A stretch of 64,000 nt of DNA from a virus (Duplodnaviria > Caudoviricetes): the IMG/VR virus record IMGVR_UViG_641201006_000001, positions 128,001 through 192,000 of that record. One strand, written 5' to 3'. Positions 56,863 to 64,000 of this stretch are shown here, piece after piece. A model generated the notes under the pieces. The model ran no database searches. It was not told the DNA's origin and saw only the letters and a program-made list of their open reading frames with translations. Position numbers and translations under genes: made by a program. Each line of letters opens with the position of its first letter. Within the stretch, counting starts at the first letter, position 1.

Positions 56863-58524
56863 TTAAGGCTGTGCGTTTGGATCCGGTTGAGCATCGAATT
56901 TAGAATCATCTTCTACTAAGTTAAAGATTTGCTTCGCATTCACTGGGTCTAAGTCAGCAATAGAGGATAGTGTAATGATTTGGTCACTAAACTTCTCTAC
57001 TGTTGCACGAGATGCGCCACCGTCTAAGTTGATTAAGACAGTTAACACATTGAACTGCAATTGCTCTTTTTTCTTCTTAAATTCTTTCAACCACTCATCT
57101 GTGATACCGCAATCGCCATCGGTGATAAATACAATGTCACCTTTCTTATAGCGGTCACTTTCTAGACAACGAATAGATTCATCTAATACCGGCATGAATG
57201 TTGTACCACCGCTACTATCTAACTCTGCAATGTCCATGATGTCGTCAGGATCCAACTCACCGGCTGGTATGTTTTTAACATGACTTGCTACAATCTGATG
57301 CTGATACGGAATGTATCCGAAGTTACGCTTCTCTTTCTGCGCGACTTCTAACATCGCTAATGTAAGTGCAGTTGACCAGTCATCCTTGTTTCCTCTCATC
57401 GAACCCGATTTATCATGGTCTATGATAATGGGGCCACGACCAACTTTCTTTATACCATCTTTCTTGTATAACTGTAGTTGTTTCTCGGAGAACTCTTTCA
57501 TGAATTGGTTACGTGTTGCTGGACTTGCTAACTTCATTAGTGACGTTGGCGTAACACGAGATAAATCATTTCCTGTTTCGATTGTACGAACAGAGTGACC
57601 ATCTGGTGTACGCTGCGTCTTCTTCTGCAAGGCAATAGCTTTCATGCGACCAACTAGGTCTGTTAAATTATTAAGGCGTGGACTGCGACGAATACGTTCA
57701 ATTGCCTTCTTACGTCGGTCAATCGAGATACGCATCGTACTAGACGTACCATCCAAGCCCCATGATTCCATTGTGTCACGGACTTCACGAACTTCTTCAA
57801 ACGCCTTCTTCGACGCTTGTTCCATTGCTTGTTCCATGCCTTGCTTCATTTCTTCCTGACCTGATTTGTTTAGGTCAATTTCATCTTCTAGATCTTGTAT
57901 TTGCTGTTGCAAGCGTGCTAGTTCCTCGGCTTCTCTTTGTGTTAAACCTTTACCGCCGGGGCCACCCTTTTCATTTAATTCATCGACACGGTTCTGTGCA
58001 TCTCGTGCCTTGTTTAATTGGTCAATCAACTCACCAGCGTCACCGCCGTCTTGCTTTTCACCAGTTTGTTGCTGTTGTATATACTGCTGTTTGAAATACT
58101 GGATTTTCTCCATTGCCTGATTCTGCATAACTTCTGTACCAATGGCACTGTTCATCACATCAAACTTTGTATTCTTACGAAGCTGGTCATACTGCTCTGA
58201 CTCCATCAGTCCTTCCATCATTTGATGGTTTAACCGAGAGAAGGCATCCATGTCCTCTTCGTCGTGCATACGTGCTTTGTAGCTGAACAAACTTTGGTAA
58301 ATATCTTCTGACAGGTTACCGAAAGGAGCATACTCGTCTAAACCACTTTGCATGTTCTCTTGCATAACCTCGTACTGATCTACCGTGTCATGAAATAACT
58401 CACGGTCAAATTCCGTCATCTTGATACTATTCTTATGCTTCTGTAACGGGTCAATGTCCTTTTTCAATCCTAACGTTTCTTGTACTAAGTTACCCTCATT
58501 ACGTTTTCTACGTCCCCAGCTCAT
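56863..58524 (-). CDS. VWA-domain protein (ViaA-like partner of the MoxR ATPase)
   Basis: MIDAS DKSGSM, GGTTF and ITDGD; TGNDLSRV segment. Confidence 0.88.
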   Translation of the reverse strand: MSWGRRKRNEGNLVQETLGLKKDIDPLQKHKNSIKMTEFDRELFHDTVDQYEVMQENMQSGLDEYAPFGNLSEDIYQSLFSYKARMHDEEDMDAFSRLNHQMMEGLMESEQYDQLRKNTKFDVMNSAIGTEVMQNQAMEKIQYFKQQYIQQQQTGEKQDGGDAGELIDQLNKARDAQNRVDELNEKGGPGGKGLTQREAEELARLQQQIQDLEDEIDLNKSGQEEMKQGMEQAMEQASKKAFEEVREVRDTMESWGLDGTSSTMRISIDRRKKAIERIRRSPRLNNLTDLVGRMKAIALQKKTQRTPDGHSVRTIETGNDLSRVTPTSLMKLASPATRNQFMKEFSEKQLQLYKKDGIKKVGRGPIIIDHDKSGSMRGNKDDWSTALTLAMLEVAQKEKRNFGYIPYQHQIVASHVKNIPAGELDPDDIMDIAELDSSGGTTFMPVLDESIRCLESDRYKKGDIVFITDGDCGITDEWLKEFKKKKEQLQFNVLTVLINLDGGASRATVEKFSDQIITLSSIADLDPVNAKQIFNLVEDDSKFDAQPDPNAQP

Positions 58525-58778
58525 TTCGCTACCTCTTTCAAGTTCGTTTCTTTTTCAATTGATATTTTAATGAGTTCTTTGTCTTTGTTACGATACTGAA
58601 TGTATCCTTCATCTGTATCTGTTAATGATGTAGCTTCGACATCAGTCTCCGTTTTCAGAGCAGCTACGATGATGTTTAAGACATGTTCTGCATTAAACCC
58701 ACTGATATGTGTAAAGAAGAACTTCTTGTACTTTGTGACTGTTGAAATTCGATAAGGATGCAATTGGTTTTCGTCCAT
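58521..58778 (-). CDS. Hypothetical protein
   Basis: GGAGG RBS; lies between the AAA and VWA genes. Confidence 0.65.
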   Translation of the reverse strand: MDENQLHPYRISTVTKYKKFFFTHISGFNAEHVLNIIVAALKTETDVEATSLTDTDEGYIQYRNKDKELIKISIEKETNLKEVAK

Positions 58779-58869
58779 TGTATAGCCTCCCTAGTTAGAA
58801 TCAGGAGAAGGCGCTAAGTTCCATAAGTCTCTTAGTTGCTTCTCCATAAATTCACTTACATTTAATTTC

Positions 58870-60285
58870 TTATCCCCACTGCCGAGAAGACTTGCGGTTC
58901 GTTTGACGTAAGCATGTAGTAGAGATTTCATTTACGATTTCTTCTACTTTTACTAAGTACGCATCTAACTTATCAAGTTCTGCGTCAGATGCGCCGTTAC
59001 GTTCTGCTTCTTTGATTTCATCAGACATCTTATCTAACATTTCGGATAGAGAAGAATTTGTTTGAACAGCAGTTCCGGCACGCTCTGTGCGGTTCTCAAT
59101 TTCCATTGTAGACTTCTTCAATTCTTCCGCTTTCTTCACGAACTCTTTCATCTTCGATTCATGCGGATTCATATACTTGCCTAACTCTTTATCAAGAATT
59201 TCTAGCTCCTTGCGGTCTTTGTTCCAAAGTACGTTACGTAGTGCCATGAAGTCACTACCATTTACTGTGTCACGACCTTCTAATAGAGCATTAGCCATCA
59301 TGATAAGCTGTGCTTTGTAATAACGTCGGTCAGAGATAACCATGTTATTAGTGCCTAATGTACGTACTAAACGCTCGAAGTCTTTCGCAATACGAGCAGG
59401 GAAATCAACCATATGTACCGCTTGTTGCAGTAAGTCGATTTCATCTAACGTGATTGTTGTTTTCGGTAAGATACCTTTCTTCTTCGATGCACGACCTGCT
59501 GTAACCATTTTGATACGGTTCTGTGGGTCTTGGATATATTCAATCCAGTGACGGAACATGAATCGGTCATAGAACGCCTCTAATCCTTCGTCCTCCGGAT
59601 ATTCATTTGACGCACCCATAACGATACGTAATTCAACTGGTACAGCTTTCCCATCGTTATAGAAGATACCTTCATTCAGCATAGATAACAGATAGTTCAG
59701 TGACGGTTCATTCGATTTGAAAATCTCATCAAGGAAACCGACATGTGCTTCTGGCAACTTGCCTGTTGTGATACGTAAGAACTTATCGTTCTCCATACCT
59801 TTTACGGAATACGGGCCAACTAAATCCGCTGGGTCAGTTGTACGGTTCATTAACCATTTGAATGTGCGAGCCTTTTCAACGTGACTTGAGAATAAATCAG
59901 CAAGCATCGACTTACCTGTTCCCGGAGGCCCTAAGAATAGAATGTTTTCTCCTGCAATTAATGCACGAAGAATATCTTTAATTACATGCTCACGTTCGAA
60001 TACGTTTGCATTCATTTCATCGAAGATGTCTTCTAACTTCGGAACAACCGCTAATGCAAGTTGCAGTGGATTCGATTTCTTTTTCACGGATGATTTCGTT
60101 GTAGATACTTTCTTTTTCTTACGAACAGGTTTTACTTCTTCAACCTCTTCTTCTTCGTAATCTTCATCCTCGTCATCCCAATCATCTTCGTCTAACTCAT
60201 CATCTACTACGTTGTAGTCCTCTTCTAGTTCTTCCTCTTGCTCTCTTAGTCTACGTCTACGCTTTCTTGCTACTGCCTCTGCCAT
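58870..60285 (-). CDS. MoxR/RavA-family AAA+ ATPase with acidic N-terminal extension
   Basis: LGPPGTGKS, FLDEIFK, GASNEYP, AFYDRF, ISDRR. Confidence 0.92.
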   Translation of the reverse strand: MAEAVARKRRRRLREQEEELEEDYNVVDDELDEDDWDDEDEDYEEEEVEEVKPVRKKKKVSTTKSSVKKKSNPLQLALAVVPKLEDIFDEMNANVFEREHVIKDILRALIAGENILFLGPPGTGKSMLADLFSSHVEKARTFKWLMNRTTDPADLVGPYSVKGMENDKFLRITTGKLPEAHVGFLDEIFKSNEPSLNYLLSMLNEGIFYNDGKAVPVELRIVMGASNEYPEDEGLEAFYDRFMFRHWIEYIQDPQNRIKMVTAGRASKKKGILPKTTITLDEIDLLQQAVHMVDFPARIAKDFERLVRTLGTNNMVISDRRYYKAQLIMMANALLEGRDTVNGSDFMALRNVLWNKDRKELEILDKELGKYMNPHESKMKEFVKKAEELKKSTMEIENRTERAGTAVQTNSSLSEMLDKMSDEIKEAERNGASDAELDKLDAYLVKVEEIVNEISTTCLRQTNRKSSRQWG

Positions 60286-60316
60286 AATAAAATAACCTCC
60301 TTAGAATGTATAAAAA

Positions 60317-60985
60317 TTAATTAAATTCTTTGTATACGTCGCCCATTGGGTCATCGCCGTTATCATCTGATTTGCCAAGACCAGACTGACGCTCCCTGCG
60401 ACTTCTTTTCTTCGGTTTCTCATCTTCTTCCCAGCTATCATTGTCATTGATATGATTGCCACGACGAACGCCACGAGAATCCTTTGTAACATGGTCTTGT
60501 AAGTCCAGTGTATCCACTAGGTCATCCGGATCGTTTTCTACTTCTTCCTCCGGCTCTTTCTTATCCCAGTTACGCTTTTGTTTCTTGTTGCCATATTTGC
60601 TCATAGATGTCTTCTGTAAATTGTCTACAAAGTCATCTAAGTTACTTGCTTCAAAGTCTTGATAAGAATCTTGCATGTCTTGTTTGACTTGGTTCGCAAC
60701 ATCAGGTGTTCCTGCTACGACGATTAACACACCAGCGATTGCTTGATGTAATTGTTTCATCATATCCATGAACTCATCTGTTGTTTTTACCTGCAACATT
60801 TCTTCAATCAATTCATGAATGTGCATGTATAACATTTCTAAATCTGAGAAGTCTGTACCTGAATACTTTGTAAGTGCCTTACATTCATCGTACAAACCTT
60901 TTACAAATGCATCTAGTTGCTCTAATTGCTTTTTACGGACAGCCATGTTATCGACATTGCCTTGACCGTTATTCCCTTTTGCCAC
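60317..60985 (-). CDS. Hypothetical protein
   Basis: 222 aa; AGGAGG RBS. Confidence 0.7.
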   Translation of the reverse strand: MAKGNNGQGNVDNMAVRKKQLEQLDAFVKGLYDECKALTKYSGTDFSDLEMLYMHIHELIEEMLQVKTTDEFMDMMKQLHQAIAGVLIVVAGTPDVANQVKQDMQDSYQDFEASNLDDFVDNLQKTSMSKYGNKKQKRNWDKKEPEEEVENDPDDLVDTLDLQDHVTKDSRGVRRGNHINDNDSWEEDEKPKKRSRRERQSGLGKSDDNGDDPMGDVYKEFN

Positions 60986-61460
60986 TAGAATCTCCTCCTT
61001 TAAATAAATCAGCTAACTCTTGCACGAGTTCTTCCTCCATACGGATCAAGCCGAACTCCCAATTGATACGTGTACGCTTCAAGATAACTTTACGTAGTAA
61101 ATCAATATGTGGCAAGGTTTCTTCCTTTGGCAAATCTTGCATAGCCATTTGTTTCTCGGACTTCATCTTTTGAATCCATTCCGCCCGCTTATCACGAAAC
61201 ATCTGTTGTAACGAAACAATGCGTGGCAATTCAGTCTCCACTTCTTCTTTCGTTTTATGAAACAGAATGTCGTCGATACGAAATGTTCGCTCCATCCATG
61301 TAGCCATCGGTTTACCCATACGTGGAACCTGTGCTTTCGGTTTCCGGTGTAATGTAAATCCTTCAATTTCAACCCATCTTCTATTCATAAAATCAGGTAC
61401 ATGTGGACTATCAATAAATATATAGTCGCCTACCTTTAGTTGGTCTGCGATGACTGTCAT
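60969..61460 (-). CDS. Hypothetical protein
   Basis: Start MTVIAD after GAAGGAG. Confidence 0.65.
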   Translation of the reverse strand: MTVIADQLKVGDYIFIDSPHVPDFMNRRWVEIEGFTLHRKPKAQVPRMGKPMATWMERTFRIDDILFHKTKEEVETELPRIVSLQQMFRDKRAEWIQKMKSEKQMAMQDLPKEETLPHIDLLRKVILKRTRINWEFGLIRMEEELVQELADLFKGGDSSGKRE

Positions 61461-61524
61461 GTCGCACGCTCCTTCCGTTACAATTAGTATCACCAAATGT
61501 AATACGAATATACATTTTACCATA

Positions 61525-61549
61525 CAAAAAATGCCGTGCGAACGGCATT
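61525..61549 (-). terminator. Terminator with CGTTCGCACG apex
   Basis: AATGC-CGTTCGCACG-GCATT followed by TTTT. Confidence 0.75.
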
Positions 61550-61554
61550 AATGT

Positions 61555-62112
61555 TTAATCAACCCACTCTTCATTATCTACTTGATTCTTTATAGGTAAT
61601 GTAACAGTTTCAACGGGTTCTTGTGCTTTTTGTAATGCTCTGACGAACACATTATGGTCTGCACTTAGTTCCATATGACGACGTTCTAAATCATCGTATT
61701 CAACTTGCAGACTATCATATCTCTTTTGCAGAAGATCATAATGCTCTTGAAGCGTGATATGATTTAGTTTAAATTTCTCCTCTTCCTCTGCCTTCTGCTT
61801 GAGTACATGAATGATTGCATCATAAGACGTATCTCCAAGTGTAATAGGTTCCGGAGCGTCCTTTAACATATCATGTAATTGCATGGCACGAGCATATTCA
61901 TGTCGTAATTCACCGGAGAAATGAGAGGCAACTGCCGCTGCTGTTCTCTGCGGTAAGTGTAGTTCGGAAATAATAGCAGATGCATCAGTTTGGTTATATC
62001 CTTGTTGGGTATACTCATGCATATGCTTCATCAAAATTAAATCTTCTTCTTCTGACCACGGGCCACGTTTCTTTTCAACTGCTTCCATGTATAGTTCATC
62101 TCCTCTTACCAC
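61555..62112 (-). CDS. RsfA-like (Myb-type) transcriptional regulator with coiled coil
   Basis: RGPWSEEEDLIL...QRTAAAV pattern of Bacillus RsfA/GerR regulators. Confidence 0.65.
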   Translation of the reverse strand: MVRGDELYMEAVEKKRGPWSEEEDLILMKHMHEYTQQGYNQTDASAIISELHLPQRTAAAVASHFSGELRHEYARAMQLHDMLKDAPEPITLGDTSYDAIIHVLKQKAEEEEKFKLNHITLQEHYDLLQKRYDSLQVEYDDLERRHMELSADHNVFVRALQKAQEPVETVTLPIKNQVDNEEWVD

Positions 62113-63980
62113 TCATCATCGTCACTTACGACTTTCTTTTTCTTTTTACGTTTCTTCTTCACAATAGATTGGTGGAACTTCGTTACTGCTTCACTATTTT
62201 CAAGTGTTGCATCAAAGCTCGCCTGTTTATCATCTAGTCGTTCACGCATTTGTTCATCGACAATACCCTGATTAATCAGGTTGATGATATGCACCCTATC
62301 GTGCGTGGAATCTAGTCTTCGAATACGATATTTACGCTGTTCCCATATAGCAGGATTGTGAGGTAAATCGTAGTTAATCAAGTATCGTCCGGCTTGCAGG
62401 TTTAACCCTGTACTACCTGCACCAGTTGCGATTAATACTCGGCATGAAGGATCGGTATTGAATTTCATCTTACGGCGTTCCCTCACGGAGTCTTTCAATC
62501 CACCAACGTAGCGGACGGCACGAGTAAACTTCGATATTTCTCTATGTAGCATAACAGTCATGCGTTTACTCTCTACGAATATAACGACCTTATGACCATT
62601 GTCTACAATCTCCTGTACACGCTGGATACACTCTTGAAACTTCGGTATGTCATAAATGTTCTTCACGGCATACTTCTTGTTTCGCTCACGTATCTTCTTA
62701 TTCTTAGACATCTGGAATAGGTTCGGATGACAACTACCTTGAATACGGGCATTTAATACCGCCTTCATTCTGTCACCGACTGCTTTCGCTTCCACTTTAC
62801 GTCCTGCTCGGAGCAGATCACTCTTCTCGGATATTAAATCCTTTTGGTACTGCTTGAGTTCTTTATCCAGTTTCAATTGGTTTGGATGTGGCTGAATCGG
62901 TACATCTTCTTCTATCATCTTCGGTAGTGATAAGCCAATCTCGGCATCCGTACGTCTAATGAAGAACTTCTGTATCTTGCGTACAAATTCATCGAGGTGT
63001 TGATACCCGATAATGTCTTTATACTCATTCAGTGTTGTGTAACGTTCTCTGAACTTACGCCAACTACCTAGTATCTTTTCTGACACCATGCTCACAAGTC
63101 CAAACATATCATCCGGATAGTTCATAACTGGTGTACCGGTAACAAGTAATGCATACGGAATACCTTTGTGGTATCCTTTCTTGTTACGATTGGTACGTGC
63201 TTTGATTAATCGTTTTGCGGCCTTGTTCGTTTTACTATCTTTGTTCTTAATGTTGTGCGCTTCATCAAAGATAATCATGTCAAAGCCCGCTTTTTCTAGC
63301 ATCAGAGCATTCTGTTGCATGGTTTGATAACTCATGACCATGAACATATCATCACTCTTCTTAAACGCTTCGATACATTGTTTCTTCTTATCATCAATGG
63401 ATTCAGCTACATAGCTTTTACCATTCTTCTTGCGGTAGGTCGCACGGAAGTCAGCAAACAGTACAGCTTTCTCGTGACTAAACTTTTCTATCTCCTTCAT
63501 CCATTGCAGACGAGTCGATGCAAGAACAACAACTAACGTTTTATTGACATGACCGGATTGCTTCATTTGAAGTGCCGTCATGATTGCCTGAAACGTTTTC
63601 CCTGTTCCCATTAAGTCACCGAGCAGTGCGATGTTTTGCTTCTTGAGTGAATAGGATAAGAAGTTTGCTCCGAACAACTGAAAGTCTTTCGGTGGCATCT
63701 TGAGGTCATGTATCTCAACCTCTTTGATTTTCCTTAGGATTGCAGGTGGTTTTGGCGGGTCAATATCAAGTAGTTCGTGTCTCGGTACTTTGTATATTAA
63801 CTCTCCTTCAAATAGTTCGTCTAAATGGTCAGCAGACTCGATAGGGAGTACCCATACATCATTGTCGCCGTCCCATCTCGCACCATCCACCTGTCGCATC
63901 CTCTTATTGTAGTCTTCGTGAAAAGGTGTCTTCACTTCTACAATGTCATCGGTTCTTAGGTCTACGAATATTCCCGGCAT
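62106..63980 (-). CDS. SNF2-family helicase/ATPase
   Basis: DLMGTGKT, FDEAHNIKN, TGTPVMN, GLNLQAG, QRKYRIRR; N-terminal HARP-like domain (GARWDGDNDVW). Confidence 0.92.
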   Translation of the reverse strand: MPGIFVDLRTDDIVEVKTPFHEDYNKRMRQVDGARWDGDNDVWVLPIESADHLDELFEGELIYKVPRHELLDIDPPKPPAILRKIKEVEIHDLKMPPKDFQLFGANFLSYSLKKQNIALLGDLMGTGKTFQAIMTALQMKQSGHVNKTLVVVLASTRLQWMKEIEKFSHEKAVLFADFRATYRKKNGKSYVAESIDDKKKQCIEAFKKSDDMFMVMSYQTMQQNALMLEKAGFDMIIFDEAHNIKNKDSKTNKAAKRLIKARTNRNKKGYHKGIPYALLVTGTPVMNYPDDMFGLVSMVSEKILGSWRKFRERYTTLNEYKDIIGYQHLDEFVRKIQKFFIRRTDAEIGLSLPKMIEEDVPIQPHPNQLKLDKELKQYQKDLISEKSDLLRAGRKVEAKAVGDRMKAVLNARIQGSCHPNLFQMSKNKKIRERNKKYAVKNIYDIPKFQECIQRVQEIVDNGHKVVIFVESKRMTVMLHREISKFTRAVRYVGGLKDSVRERRKMKFNTDPSCRVLIATGAGSTGLNLQAGRYLINYDLPHNPAIWEQRKYRIRRLDSTHDRVHIINLINQGIVDEQMRERLDDKQASFDATLENSEAVTKFHQSIVKKKRKKKKKVVSDDDEW

Positions 63981-64000
63981 AATACACCTCTATAACTGAA

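Noticed and set aside
16270-61544. LexA/SOS-box reading of the CGTGCGAACG repeat
   Set aside because: Only the CGAAC half-site is present, without the GTTCG partner at the required spacing. Flank covariation points to a hairpin instead.
1296-63912. All plus-strand ORFs in the track (e.g. 14960-15502, 35986-36462, 55523-55969, 54987-55244)
   Set aside because: They are antisense shadows of well-supported minus-strand genes or RNAs, with Ser/Phe-rich composition, no RBS and no motifs.

Overview
This window is a 64 kb slice of a large lytic Bacillus cereus-group bacteriophage genome. All credible genes are on the minus strand with strong Bacillus-type GGAGG ribosome-binding sites. The recA intron endonuclease (266 aa, EDxHD motifs) matches my recollection of I-Bth0305I, which suggests B. 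thuringiensis phage 0305phi8-36 or a close relative; I could not verify this by search. The region covers replication, recombination and nucleotide metabolism: SNF2 helicase, RsfA-like regulator, MoxR/RavA AAA+ with a VWA partner, 3D-domain protein, WYL protein, GroES, beta clamp, DnaE, HU, SSB, RecA, PcrA, MazG, phosphoesterase, SbcD/SbcC, endolysin, primase, NADAR, dNMP kinase, class I RNR with flavodoxin, a ThyX-like protein, dCMP deaminase and HNH nucleases. Two group I introns can be mapped to the base: recA 33025-34137 and dnaE 39263-40385, each carrying a homing endonuclease. The most unusual observations are: (1) a promoter-to-terminator non-coding unit of about 1 kb (54240-55283) with two aberrant tRNA-like folds and twin hairpins sharing a 10-nt loop; (2) an IshB-like PLMP+HNH gene abutting dnaE; (3) copies of the dnaE homing-site sequence inside the intron and in an unrelated gene; (4) seven covarying hairpins with a near-invariant CGYUCGCACG apex; (5) a repeated 21-bp promoter/operator-like motif; (6) a shared Lys-rich plus VSDDD(E)W/F motif on many proteins; (7) Rad50 split at the zinc hook with Mre11 fused to its N-half; (8) ThyX, UDG and RecA homologues with altered catalytic motifs.
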